NCBI GenBank assembly: GCA_040771865.1
Contig: JAXGZF010000007.1
Location: forward strand, 248,001-312,000
Length of the DNA: 64,000 nucleotides
Source: Desulfobacterales bacterium
GTDB taxonomy: Bacteria; Desulfobacterota; Desulfobacteria; Desulfobacterales; UBA2245
Direction: 5' to 3'
The position numbers and the translations under genes were made by a program. The notes under the pieces were generated by a model. It made no database searches, had not been told where the DNA came from, and was given only the letters and a program-made list of their open reading frames with translations. Of this stretch, positions 21,469-31,329 are shown piece by piece; positions within the stretch are counted from its first letter, which is position 1; every line of letters begins with the position of its first letter.

Positions 21469-21624
21469 CTATCGGCTGAGAAAAACGCCGGCTGCCGTTA
21501 AGAGCAGCAGTTCATAAATGGTCACCGGGGTATAGCTGCCAAAAATCGCATAAACAATACCGCCGCCGATGATGGCCGGCACGCCGCAAAAAACCAAAAT
21601 CCCTAATTTCCGGCTGATATTCAT
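21469..21624 (-). CDS. Small two-TM membrane protein (51 aa)
   Basis: MNISRKLGILVFCGVPAIIGGGIVYAIFGSY...; SD CAGGAG upstream. Confidence 0.65.
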   Translation of the reverse strand: MNISRKLGILVFCGVPAIIGGGIVYAIFGSYTPVTIYELLLLTAAGVFLSR

Positions 21625-21790
21625 GATGATCTCCTGTGTTTTAGAAAATTTAAATTCTCCCGCCGAAAGTTTATCAAGCGATGCAATCCCGGCTTCCACC
21701 CGGGCCGTTGATGAAAGACCCCTTGTGCTGTAAAGAAAAGATTCTTATCACAGGTATCCACCGAAAGTCAACGGCAAGACGATCGATATA

Positions 21791-21816
21791 TAAAAAAGCC
21801 CCTGGCGTCCCGGGCC
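21791..21816 (-). terminator. Intrinsic terminator after queD
   Basis: Minus strand GGCCCGGGACGCCAGGGGC followed by T6 immediately after the stop codon. Confidence 0.55.
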
Positions 21817-22179
21817 TCATTCTCCGTTATATATACACGCCGATGTATCGGTTTCCCAGACAACGATTTCACACAGCAGGGAAAGCCTGGGCTTTATCTT
21901 CCTCCACAACCACCGGCAGATATTTTCCGCGGTCGGATTTTCGAGTCCTGGAATCTCATTGAGAAAGGTATGATCCAGCTCATCGATAACGGGCTGAACA
22001 ATCCTTTTGAAATCTCCGAAATCCATCAGCCACTTCTGCCGCTCTTCGACCGGTCCTTCCAGAAGAATTTCCACCTTGTAGGTATGGCCGTGCAGGGTCG
22101 CGCACTTGTGTTCCGCTTCCAGACCGGGCAACTTATGAGCCGCATCGAACATAAAAATCTTTTTTAATTTTACTTTCAT
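21817..22179 (-). CDS. queD: 6-carboxy-5,6,7,8-tetrahydropterin synthase
   Basis: FDAAH-L, C--LHGH-Y, LDH--LN, NPT-EN, V-ET. Confidence 0.95.
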   Translation of the reverse strand: MKVKLKKIFMFDAAHKLPGLEAEHKCATLHGHTYKVEILLEGPVEERQKWLMDFGDFKRIVQPVIDELDHTFLNEIPGLENPTAENICRWLWRKIKPRLSLLCEIVVWETDTSACIYNGE

Positions 22180-22266
22180 AAACTCCTGTCGAACCGGTTT
22201 GACTCCAGGGATTTTCTAATCACGAGATCTTTTACACGTCAACGGCTTCCGGAAAACGCCGGTCTC

Positions 22267-22929
22267 CTATTTCACGCCGATATGCTTATGCAATTGAATG
22301 TTCAGACGGACCGGCCGGGCATCCTCGACAATCCACTCAGCCAGCCGACCCGCATCCAGTTTGCCGTGAACGGTTTGAAACACGACATTCACCCGTTTTT
22401 CCAGATTATAAGCGTCGATGATCCGCCGGCTGTATTCATAATCATGCCGGCCTTCCACCACGAACTTGACGTCGTCGGTTCTTTTCAGAATTTCAAAATT
22501 GCTGAAAAGACATTTCCGGTGTTCCCCAGAAGATGGAAGCTTGCAATCCATTGAAATGTGCACCTGGGGATGGACATTCTCAATGCCGACACTGCCGTTG
22601 GTTTCCAAAATCATTTTTTTGCCGCAATCCCTTACGATCTCATTGATCAGGTCCGGCAAGCCCGGCTGAAGCAGCGGCTCGCCGCCGGTAAAGAGCACCA
22701 ATTCCTGCCTGGATGCCTTCACCTTTTCATACAACTGTCGATGGGAAAAAAAATACGCGGGCTCATAAGCATAGGCGGTATCGCACCAGGTACACCGTAA
22801 ATTGCATCCCGCAAACCGGACGAATAAAGCGGGAAATCCCGACAGCGTGGATTCTCCGACAATGGATTCAAAGGTTTCCGACATTGAAAACAATGGCGAC
22901 GGCATGGCGATCCTGCAACCTTTTTTCAT
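22267..22929 (-). CDS. queE: 7-carboxy-7-deazaguanine synthase (radical SAM)
   Basis: F-SI-GE, FVRF-GCNLRCTWCDT, TGGEPL, ETNG, QLHK. Confidence 0.92.
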   Translation of the reverse strand: MKKGCRIAMPSPLFSMSETFESIVGESTLSGFPALFVRFAGCNLRCTWCDTAYAYEPAYFFSHRQLYEKVKASRQELVLFTGGEPLLQPGLPDLINEIVRDCGKKMILETNGSVGIENVHPQVHISMDCKLPSSGEHRKCLFSNFEILKRTDDVKFVVEGRHDYEYSRRIIDAYNLEKRVNVVFQTVHGKLDAGRLAEWIVEDARPVRLNIQLHKHIGVK

Positions 22930-23036
22930 CTATGCGATGAATGCTTCAAAACTCTGTACACCGAAACGTTCGAGGAACACAAGAACGACCTCAACGACTT
23001 CGGACAAAAGACTTCCTGAAAGACGCATGGAACCCG

Positions 23037-24335
23037 TCAGGAAACAGCGGGCAACTGATGCCAGTCGGTGGTATAAGCAGGGGACCTTTGCCTGAACACG
23101 GTTTTCCATCCGGAAGCGGGATCAAGGCCGACTGCGGCGCATCTCAGAGTTCCTTCGCCCATGCGGGCATTGATCCGGTCCAGAGTCTCCATGATCCGGC
23201 CGGCGCGCACCCGGTTTCTGGCGTCAAACAGAGTGCCTTGAATCATGCGCTTCGGTCCCAGGTCCTTAAGAAGAACGCCCGCCCTTTTATACCCGCATCC
23301 CTCGCGGTAAACAGACTGAAGGGCCTGGCGGGCATAAAAAATGAGCTCGAAGGCATCGCTGGTGGCCACCGGAAGCACGGCGGTATGTGAGTTAAAATAA
23401 AAACGCTGCTTTTCGAAACGGCTGGTCGACACAAACACCGTCAGTGCGCCGGAAACGCAATCCTGGCGGCGCAGTTTGGCGGCGCCGTTCGATGCAAAGG
23501 TTGCCACCGCCTGCTCCAGATTCGAAAGCTCCCTGACCGGATGCCTGAACGAGCGGGAAACGACGATGCTTTTTCTGGGCGGAGGACAGGTTTCAACGCA
23601 ATAACGGGAAACACCCCTAAGCTCCTCGATCAGGCGCACGCCCGACACCCCCATTCGGCCCCGAATAAAGGACTGTTCCGCGTCCCGAAGCAGGCGGGCA
23701 TTGACGATGCCGTGCTGCTGCAAAAATTTTGCATAGCGGCGCCCGACCCCCCACACATCCGCCACCGCAGTCATCTCCAGGGCCCTGTCCAGATGGGAAG
23801 ACCCGGCCAGATTCAAAACCCCGCCCGCCTTCGGCGACTTTTTGGCCAGGCGGTTGGCGATCTTGGCCAAGGTCTTGGTTTCACCGATCCCCACGGACAC
23901 CGGAATGCCGGTCCATTTTCCGACGGTGCGCTGGATGGCCCGGGCGTACCGGTCCGGATCGCACCGGCGCAGATGCGACAAATCCAGAAAGGCCTCGTCG
24001 ATGGAATAAACCTCCATGTCCGGGGAAAACCGGGAAAGGGTCTGCATCACTCTGCGGGACATATCGCCGTACAGAGCGTAGTTGGATGAAAAGACCCGTA
24101 CGCCGTGCATTTCAAGCAGGCCAGATATCTTGAAAACCGGCGCTCCCATCGCGATGCCCAGGGCCTTGGCCTCGTTGGAACGGGCTACCACGCAGCCGTC
24201 GTTGTTGGACAGCACCACCACGGGCCTGCCCTCAAGCGAAGGATCGAACACGCGCTCGCAGGAAACGTAGAAGTTGTTGCAGTCCACCAGGGCGAATATG
24301 CAGGACGGCTTTCCGGATTTCATCTGATTCAACAC
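23037..24335 (-). CDS. umuC: Y-family DNA polymerase V catalytic subunit
   Basis: [38 protein letters not shown]-terminal SPAYTT-W. Confidence 0.96.
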   Translation of the reverse strand: MLNQMKSGKPSCIFALVDCNNFYVSCERVFDPSLEGRPVVVLSNNDGCVVARSNEAKALGIAMGAPVFKISGLLEMHGVRVFSSNYALYGDMSRRVMQTLSRFSPDMEVYSIDEAFLDLSHLRRCDPDRYARAIQRTVGKWTGIPVSVGIGETKTLAKIANRLAKKSPKAGGVLNLAGSSHLDRALEMTAVADVWGVGRRYAKFLQQHGIVNARLLRDAEQSFIRGRMGVSGVRLIEELRGVSRYCVETCPPPRKSIVVSRSFRHPVRELSNLEQAVATFASNGAAKLRRQDCVSGALTVFVSTSRFEKQRFYFNSHTAVLPVATSDAFELIFYARQALQSVYREGCGYKRAGVLLKDLGPKRMIQGTLFDARNRVRAGRIMETLDRINARMGEGTLRCAAVGLDPASGWKTVFRQRSPAYTTDWHQLPAVS

Positions 24336-24387
24336 TCCGCTGTTTCACCGTTCAACCGCGTTGAACAAAGCGATCTGTCTTTAACAA

Positions 24388-24529
24388 CAGACTGTCGAAA
24401 AACAAGAACCATGCCGCCGGACAAGGCGCACGACGATGCGAAAAACGTAGCGCCCAAGTATTCGTTAGTATTGGTAAAATTCGGGCAACGCCGCATGGCG
24501 GCCTTAAGCGCTGTTTTTTCAACAGCCTG
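24388..24529. mobile_element. MITE-like element, copy 1
   Basis: Ends CAGACTGTCGAAAAA ... TTTTTCAACAGCCTG; internal blocks shared with 60600-60742. Confidence 0.7.
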
Positions 24530-24964
24530 TCAAAGGGAATGAATCACGTTCGTGACCACGCCCCATACCTGAAAGTCCATTCCGACCTCAATTTGAATCG
24601 GCGGGTAATCGTCGTTTTCAGGAGCCAGAAAGATGCGGCCGTCTGTCATGCGAATGCGTTTGACCGTCAGATCCCCGTTGACCACGGCAATCACCACCTT
24701 CCGGTCGACCGGTTCAAGGGCTCGGTCCACGATCAGAATGTCGCCGGGATGGATGCCCGCCTTGATCATGGAATTTCCCGTTGCCCTGACAAAAAAGGTC
24801 GCGGCGGAATGCTTGATCAGGTGACGGTTCAGATCCAGCGAGCCTTCTATATAGTCTTCCGCAGGCGACGGAAAGCCGGCCGCGACCGGCGCCATGAAAA
24901 TCGGACGCTCGCAGACGATCGACACATCGGGATAATAAACTTCTACGGAGGCAGGTATTTGCAT
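24530..24964 (-). CDS. umuD: Polymerase V accessory subunit (S24 autopeptidase)
   Basis: VAAGFPSPAEDY cleavage site, TFFVRA-G-SM, GD-L-VD, TVK, VWGVV. Confidence 0.96.
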   Translation of the reverse strand: MQIPASVEVYYPDVSIVCERPIFMAPVAAGFPSPAEDYIEGSLDLNRHLIKHSAATFFVRATGNSMIKAGIHPGDILIVDRALEPVDRKVVIAVVNGDLTVKRIRMTDGRIFLAPENDDYPPIQIEVGMDFQVWGVVTNVIHSL

Positions 24965-25046
24965 TATCTCTTCCTAAAAAGTATGAAGCCAGCACACAAC
25001 CCGGAGACCGCCGGAACCCTTATTCTCACCGTCCGGTCCGGCCAAA

Positions 25047-26192
25047 TCAACCGGACTTTCCCTTTGACCTTAAGGCCTTACGGGAATCTCCGGAATACAT
25101 TTCGAGCCATGCGGCAGAAAACTCCGAAAACCGTTTTTCCTCGACGGCGCAGCGAATGTCCCGCATCAGGTCCTGATAGAAGGCGACATTATGAATGGTG
25201 GCAAGGGTTTCCGCCAGCGGATCACGGGCAAAGAACAGGTAGCGCAGCACCATTCTGGAATAGGTCCGGCAGGTATAGCAGCCGCAACGGGTGTCCACCG
25301 GATACCGGTCCTTGTAAAAGGTCTTGTCCATGATCCGCATTTTCCCCGTGCGGGTGAACAAGGTGCCATATCTGGCATAGCGGGTGGGAATCACGCAGTC
25401 AAACATGTCCATCCCCCGCTGCACCGACGTCAGAATATCCTCCGGAAGCCCGACGCCCATCAGGTACCGGGGCCGGTCGAACGGCAGCAGGGGCGAGGTG
25501 AAGCTTACGATTTGCTTTAAAAGCTCCAGCCCCTCTCCCACGCTGACCCCGCCGATGGCAAACCCGTCGAAATCAACGGCGGTTATCGCTTCTGCACTTC
25601 TGCGGCGCAGCTCGGGATAGACGCCGCCCTGAACAATGCCGAACAGAAACTGATGCTCCTGCAAAGCGGCCTTCCGGCACCGTTGCGCCCACCGGGTGGT
25701 GCGATCCACGGCCTGCCGCATGTATTCCGGGGTTGTGGGAAATTCCACGCACTCGTCAAACGCCATGACGATATCCGCGCCCAGTTCCCGCTGAATCTCC
25801 ATGGATCGTTCCGGGCTGAGAAACAGGGGCTTTTCTTCATCCTCGTACGAAAAGCTCACCCCTTCATCGGTGATGGTCCTGTTGGGAAGCGAAAAGACCT
25901 GAAAGCCGCCGGAATCGGTCAGAATGGTCTGATCCCATCCCATGAACCGGTGCAGCCCTCCCGAACGCCTCACCGTGGCCAGACGCTCTCCCAGGGACAG
26001 ATGATAGGTATTGGCCAGCAGCACCTGAGCGCCGGTCTCCGCAATGTCCCGGGGCGTCGTGGACCGGACGAACCCGGCCGTTCCCACCGGCATGAATGCC
26101 GGCGTCTGAACCGTTCCGTGACGCGTTGTGAATTCACCCCGTCTCGCCCCGCAGGGATCGACGGCATGCAGCCTGAAGCAAATATTCCCCAT
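25047..26192 (-). CDS. tgt: tRNA-guanine transglycosylase
   Basis: TP-FMPVGT, ANTYHL, DSGGFQ, DEC, GIVQGG, GG-SVGE, YLMGVG, FDCV-PTR, Zn site C-C--C..H. Confidence 0.95.
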   Translation of the reverse strand: MGNICFRLHAVDPCGARRGEFTTRHGTVQTPAFMPVGTAGFVRSTTPRDIAETGAQVLLANTYHLSLGERLATVRRSGGLHRFMGWDQTILTDSGGFQVFSLPNRTITDEGVSFSYEDEEKPLFLSPERSMEIQRELGADIVMAFDECVEFPTTPEYMRQAVDRTTRWAQRCRKAALQEHQFLFGIVQGGVYPELRRRSAEAITAVDFDGFAIGGVSVGEGLELLKQIVSFTSPLLPFDRPRYLMGVGLPEDILTSVQRGMDMFDCVIPTRYARYGTLFTRTGKMRIMDKTFYKDRYPVDTRCGCYTCRTYSRMVLRYLFFARDPLAETLATIHNVAFYQDLMRDIRCAVEEKRFSEFSAAWLEMYSGDSRKALRSKGKSG

Positions 26193-26384
26193 TCCAGTTC
26201 CATTGAACATGGTTTTTTTCGATACACGAAAATCAAACCCGATTCCCTGCAAAACGGTTTATCATATTCCGCCCGAATAATCGAAAAAAATATCCCCCCT
26301 GTTCCGGACAAATCCGGACAGGTCCCGTATTGTCAAACCATGCCGATAAAACCCGTTATCAAGACCTCCGGATGCATCTGTTTG

Positions 26385-26432
26385 AAAAAAAAGGGAGAAA
26401 ACCGGCATCTTACCGGTTTTCTCCCCGTTTTT
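26385..26432 (-). terminator. Intrinsic terminator after ppdK (possibly bidirectional)
   Basis: 13-bp stem GGGAGAAAACCGG/CCGGTTTTCTCCC with A8 on the left and T5 on the right. Confidence 0.85.
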
Positions 26433-26447
26433 GACAGTGTATCGGTA

Positions 26448-29105
26448 TTATGCTTTATCCGCGATCACCGCATGGGCGGCGGCCAGACGGGCCACGGGCA
26501 CACGGTACGGCGAACAGCTCACATAGTTCAAACCGACCTTGTGGAAAAACGCGATGCTCTGGGGATCGCCGCCGTGTTCGCCGCACACGCCGATTTCAAG
26601 CTCCGGCCGGGTCTTACGGCCCTTTTCCACGGCCATGGCAACCAGCTGCCCGACGCCTTCGGCATCGATGCTGCGGAAAGGATTGTGATCGATCAGCTTC
26701 CTGTCCACATAGCTGATGAGAAATTTCCTTTCCGAATCGTCCCGGCTCAGTCCGAAGGTCATCTGGGTCAGGTCGTTGGTTCCCAGGCTGAAGAACTGGG
26801 CCGTCTCAGCGATCTGGTCCGCAGTCAGAGCGGCGCGTGGAATCTCGATCATGGTGCCGAACTTGTATGCAACCTGGCAGTTCTTATCCTTCATCACGGT
26901 TTCGGCGACCTCCTCAAGAAGGGTTTGAATCTCTTTGAGTTCGTTGACATGGCAGGTCAGGGGAATCATGATCTCGGGATGAACCTTCACGCCGTCTCGG
27001 GTCGCATCGCAGGCCGCCTCCAGAATGGCGCGCACCTGCATGATGTTAAGACCCGGCCGCATGATGCCCAGACGGCATCCGCGCATGCCCATCATCGGGT
27101 TGGATTCGCTGAGGTTCTTGACGATGGAAAACAGGTTTCTCTTTTTCTCGTAGTCTCCGTCGGTCTTGTTTTCGCATTCCAGCCGGGTGATTTCCACCAG
27201 CAGGTCTTCCTTGGAGGGCAGGAATTCGTGCAGCGGCGGGTCCAGCAGCCGGATGATCACCGGAAGCCCGTCCATGGCCTTGAAGATTCCGTAAAAATCA
27301 TCGCGCTGAAGCGGGAGAAGGACATCGTTCAGAACGCGCTGGAAATCCTCCTCGTGCTCAGCCAGAATCGCCTCCTGAAATTTTTCCGTCCGGCTGCCCA
27401 TGAACATGTGCTCGGTCCGGCACAGCCCGATCCCCCGGGCGCCGAATTTTCTCGCAAGAATTGCCTGATCGGGCTGGTCCGCATTGGTCCAGACCTGCAG
27501 CCGGCTGATCTCGTCGGCCCACTCTAGAATGGTCCTGAGTTCGGTGTCCTTATCCACCGACGGCGCCACGGTGGGAATGGCCGAGTCGTACACATCGCCG
27601 GTGCTGCCGGCCAGGGAGATATAATCGCCCTCCTTGATCACCCGGGTTCCCACGGTAAACCGCCGGTTTTTCAGGTCGATTCGAATGGCCTCGCATCCGG
27701 CGACACAGGGGATTCCAAGCTGCCGGGCCACCACGGCCGCATGGCTGGTCCGTCCGCCGTGCTGGGTCAGAACGCCCCTGGCAGCCAGCATGCCGTGCAG
27801 ATCGTCGGGCGTGGTTTCCGGCCGCACCAGAATGACGTCCTCTCCCATTTTCTTGGCCATTCTTTCCGCCGTATCCGCGTCAAAATACACCTTGCCGACA
27901 GCGGCGCCCGGCGAGGCGTTCAGTCCCTTGGCGATGATCGTGGCCTTTTTCTTTGCCTCGGGATCGAAACGCGGGTGCAGCAGAAATTCGATCTGTTCGG
28001 GCAGAATGCGGGAAACGGCTTCTTCCTTGGAGATCAGCCCCTCGGCGACCATGCCCACGGCGATCTTGACCTCTGCGGCCGCCGTTCGCTTCCCGTTCCG
28101 GGTCTGAAGCATCCAGAGTTTTTTGTTTTCAATGGTGAACTCGATATCCTGCATATTCCGGTAGTGGTTCTCCAGAATGCCGGCGATCTTCATCAGCTCA
28201 TTCCACGCCTCAGGAAGCTCCTCACGCATGTGATGGACCTCCATGGGGGTTCTGGAACCGGACACCACGTCTTCTCCCTGGGCGTTCTGAAGGTATTCTC
28301 CGTAAAAATCCTTTTCACCGGTGGCGGGATTCCGGGTAAATGCCACGCCGGAGCCCGAATCCCAGCCCACATTTCCGAAAACCATGGTGACGATGTTGAC
28401 GGCGGTTCCCAGTTTGTGGGAGATGCCCGTGGCGTTCCGGTAGTCCACGGCCCGCTTCTTGGTCCAGGACCGGAACACCGCCTCAATGGCCAGCTTAAGC
28501 TGCACGAAGGGATCCTGCGGAAACTCGGTTCCGGATTCGGTTTTCACGATCGCCTTGAATTCTTCAACCGCCTTCTGCCATCCGGCGGCGGATATGTCCG
28601 GATCCACGGCAACCCCTTCCGATTTTTTCACCGCTTCGATGACGTCTTCAAAAAGGAACCCGTCCAGTTCCAGCACCACCTTGCCGAACATCTGAATCAG
28701 ACGGCGATAGGCGTCCCATGCAAAGCGATCGCCGGCCTTTCGGGCCAGAAAACTCACCGACTGGTCGTTGAGGCCCAGGTTCAGGACCGTGTCCATCATG
28801 CCGGGCATGGAAAATTTGCTTCCGGATCGCACCGAAACCAGCAGAGGATTCTGGGAGTCGCCGAATTTGCGTCCCATTTTTTCACCCAGATGGTCCATGG
28901 ACGTCAGCACCTGTTCCCACATGCCTTCAGGGAAGACATTTCCCTTGTTCAGATAAGCGAGACAGGCCTCGGTGGTCACAGTAAATCCGGCCGGCACGGG
29001 CAGGCCGATATTGGTCATCTCAGCCAGATTGGCGCCTTTTCCACCGAGAAGATCGCGCATACCGGCATTTCCTTCTTCAAACAGATACACCCATTTCATT
29101 GTCAT
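26448..29105 (-). CDS. ppdK: Pyruvate, phosphate dikinase
   Basis: LLGGKGANL, LLVSVRSG, AQGEDVV, GG-TSHAAVVAR, GLCRTEHMF, GTNDLTQ, CGEHGG. Confidence 0.98.
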   Translation of the reverse strand: MTMKWVYLFEEGNAGMRDLLGGKGANLAEMTNIGLPVPAGFTVTTEACLAYLNKGNVFPEGMWEQVLTSMDHLGEKMGRKFGDSQNPLLVSVRSGSKFSMPGMMDTVLNLGLNDQSVSFLARKAGDRFAWDAYRRLIQMFGKVVLELDGFLFEDVIEAVKKSEGVAVDPDISAAGWQKAVEEFKAIVKTESGTEFPQDPFVQLKLAIEAVFRSWTKKRAVDYRNATGISHKLGTAVNIVTMVFGNVGWDSGSGVAFTRNPATGEKDFYGEYLQNAQGEDVVSGSRTPMEVHHMREELPEAWNELMKIAGILENHYRNMQDIEFTIENKKLWMLQTRNGKRTAAAEVKIAVGMVAEGLISKEEAVSRILPEQIEFLLHPRFDPEAKKKATIIAKGLNASPGAAVGKVYFDADTAERMAKKMGEDVILVRPETTPDDLHGMLAARGVLTQHGGRTSHAAVVARQLGIPCVAGCEAIRIDLKNRRFTVGTRVIKEGDYISLAGSTGDVYDSAIPTVAPSVDKDTELRTILEWADEISRLQVWTNADQPDQAILARKFGARGIGLCRTEHMFMGSRTEKFQEAILAEHEEDFQRVLNDVLLPLQRDDFYGIFKAMDGLPVIIRLLDPPLHEFLPSKEDLLVEITRLECENKTDGDYEKKRNLFSIVKNLSESNPMMGMRGCRLGIMRPGLNIMQVRAILEAACDATRDGVKVHPEIMIPLTCHVNELKEIQTLLEEVAETVMKDKNCQVAYKFGTMIEIPRAALTADQIAETAQFFSLGTNDLTQMTFGLSRDDSERKFLISYVDRKLIDHNPFRSIDAEGVGQLVAMAVEKGRKTRPELEIGVCGEHGGDPQSIAFFHKVGLNYVSCSPYRVPVARLAAAHAVIADKA

Positions 29106-29429
29106 GGTTCCTCCATTTGTTGTCAAAATCGGTCAAATTGCTAACCGGAGAAATAATCCCTTTTGAAAGTCATTGCCAGGATCGCGGCATCAAAAAAAAA
29201 CGGCCCGCCGCCTCGGCAAGCGAATCTTTGATATTTCAGCGGAAAAAGGCAAAAACAGCCGCATTTCGAAAACCGGCCGGCCCCGAATAATCGGAATTCT
29301 GTTCAAACAGGGGCTGGGGTTTCCGATAATGTTTTAATATGCGATAGCTTCATGAGACATGTCAATGAGAAAATAGGAATCCGCCGATATATTCTATAAA
29401 TATAGATAACTCTTTGAAATAAAAGCAGA

Positions 29430-30272
29430 TTAGTGCTTCAAAAGCCATCGGTCAACGGCGTCCGCAACCCCGCCGTGATTGTTGGACGCCACGGCCGGAA
29501 ACCGCGCCTTGAGGTCATCCGGGGCATTGTCCACGACCATGCCGGCGCCGGCCCAGTTCAGCATGTCCAGGTCATTGTAATCGTTTCCGATGCCCAGCGT
29601 TTGATCCGCAGAAATGTTGAGAAAATCAGCCAGCCAGGCCGCGGCCAGTCCTTTGGAAACCTGCGAAGGGAATATTTCGATCCAGGTGGACCGTCCGTCC
29701 AAGGGCGAGGTGGTCCGAATCACGTTGAGCCCTTCGAGCTTTCGGCGGATGCGGGACAGAACCGAAATGTCGGCGTCCGGCAATATGGCGAGCAACTGGG
29801 CGGCGTTTCCGAAATCGCCGGCCCCGTCCAGAGGACGGCAATAAGCGCTGTAAAGGGCGAGACGCCGGTCAAAGTCGGCGTTGGGCCGCCCCGTGAAATG
29901 ATAGGCAAACCCGTGATTGTCGGGAATCGGATCATGGGCCATGAAATCCAGCCCGAACCCTTTCAAGGTCTGAATGGCAGCCGCAACCCAGGATGCCTCC
30001 ATATTGATTTGACGAAGGATTTTACCGTCCGGGCAGTCCAGTACACCGCCGCCTGTTGAAAAAATCAGAAAATCAATGGGCAGGGCAAAATCGATCGCCC
30101 TGTAAAATGAGTGCAGGGAACGCCCCGTGGCAATGACCCGGACGAATCCGAGTTGCCCCGCGTTTTCGAGCGCTTCCAGATCCACGTCGGAAAAGCCTCC
30201 GCCGGTCCGCATCAGGGTGCCGTCCAGGTCGGTGACGATCAATCCGGCAAATTTTCGATAACTGCGCTGCAT
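29430..30272 (-). CDS. Cof-type HAD hydrolase (subfamily IIB)
   Basis: DLDGT, ATGR, EI---VSK, GND-ND--ML, SNN--GV. Confidence 0.88.
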   Translation of the reverse strand: MQRSYRKFAGLIVTDLDGTLMRTGGGFSDVDLEALENAGQLGFVRVIATGRSLHSFYRAIDFALPIDFLIFSTGGGVLDCPDGKILRQINMEASWVAAAIQTLKGFGLDFMAHDPIPDNHGFAYHFTGRPNADFDRRLALYSAYCRPLDGAGDFGNAAQLLAILPDADISVLSRIRRKLEGLNVIRTTSPLDGRSTWIEIFPSQVSKGLAAAWLADFLNISADQTLGIGNDYNDLDMLNWAGAGMVVDNAPDDLKARFPAVASNNHGGVADAVDRWLLKH

Positions 30273-30350
30273 GATGTCGGAAGGCCTTTCAAAAACAGTC
30301 AGAGTCTGAGGACACTCGGCAAGGGCCTTTGGAAACCCCCTGCAATCATC

Positions 30351-31241
30351 TTACAGATCAAAGGGCGTCAGACTCTCGCATCCGGTTTCGGTCACCAGAA
30401 CCGTCTGCTCGAACTGGGCGGAAAGCGATCCGTCCTGGGTCACGGCCGTCCAGTTGTCGTCAAGAATGGTCAGATAGCGTTTACCCAGATTGATCATTGG
30501 TTCGATGGTGAACACCATGCCCGGAATCAGACGGATCCCGTCGCCCCGCCGGCCGTAATGGGGAATCTGGGGGGGCTCGTGAAAATCGAATCCGACGCCG
30601 TGCCCGACGAATTCCCTGACCACCGAGCATCCCTGCCCCTCGGCGTATTGCTGAATGGCCCATCCGATATCGCCGATCGTATTGCCGGGCCGCACCATAA
30701 AGATGCCTTCCTTCAGGCACAAGCGGGCCGTTTCAACGATTTTCCGGGCCTTCTCTCCGGGCGTTCCCACATAGTAGGTCTTGTTGGCATCGGCATAATA
30801 ACCATTTAATATCGGCGTAACGTCCACGTTGACAATGTCGCCGTCGCTAAGCGTCCTCGATCCGGGAATTCCGTGGCAGATCACCTCGTTGACCGATACG
30901 CACACGCTTTTGGGAAACCCCTGGTATTTGAGCGGCGCCGGAACCGCGCCGTTTTTGATGGTAAATTCATGCACCAGATCGTTGATCTCGTCCGTCGTCA
31001 TTCCCACCCGTATTCTGGATTCGACCATATCCAGTGTGTCGACGGCCAGACGCCCGGCTTTTCTGATCTGCTCGACATCCTGGGGAGTCTTGAACCGAAT
31101 CTTGTATTTTTTCCGGTATGATTTTCGAATATCCTCCGGGTCCGGCGCGGTCTTGCCGAAACAGCATTTCTTGAATTTCAGACCGCTGCCGCAGGGACAG
31201 GGATCATTTCTCCCGGTCTTGTTCTTTTTACCATTAAACAT
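30351..31241 (-). CDS. map: Type I methionine aminopeptidase with N-terminal SEC-C motif
   Basis: GRNDPCPCGSG-KFKKCC, then FPKS-C-SVN---CHGIP, D, D, GHG-G--FHE, EPM, E. Confidence 0.95.
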   Translation of the reverse strand: MFNGKKNKTGRNDPCPCGSGLKFKKCCFGKTAPDPEDIRKSYRKKYKIRFKTPQDVEQIRKAGRLAVDTLDMVESRIRVGMTTDEINDLVHEFTIKNGAVPAPLKYQGFPKSVCVSVNEVICHGIPGSRTLSDGDIVNVDVTPILNGYYADANKTYYVGTPGEKARKIVETARLCLKEGIFMVRPGNTIGDIGWAIQQYAEGQGCSVVREFVGHGVGFDFHEPPQIPHYGRRGDGIRLIPGMVFTIEPMINLGKRYLTILDDNWTAVTQDGSLSAQFEQTVLVTETGCESLTPFDL

Positions 31242-31329
31242 CTCAATGTCCGTTATTTTTTGGGTTGAGCCCGTTGCTGTTTGAATCCCTTCTTGAAGCT
31301 GAGATTGTAGAAAAACCCTTTCGAATGTG

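Noticed and set aside
22888..23019. Plus-strand peptide with CxxC (LCDECFKTLYTETFEEHK) between queE and umuC
   Set aside because: No start codon in frame and it partly overlaps queE; may be chance or a tiny remnant.
21817..26192. Dpd-type DNA 7-deazaguanine modification system
   Set aside because: Tgt has canonical tRNA-TGT motifs and no dpdB-K-like genes are present; kept only as a linkage finding.
25653..29144. Long plus-strand ORFs (624 aa, 467 aa)
   Set aside because: Antisense shadows of tgt and ppdK in GC-rich DNA; no motifs.
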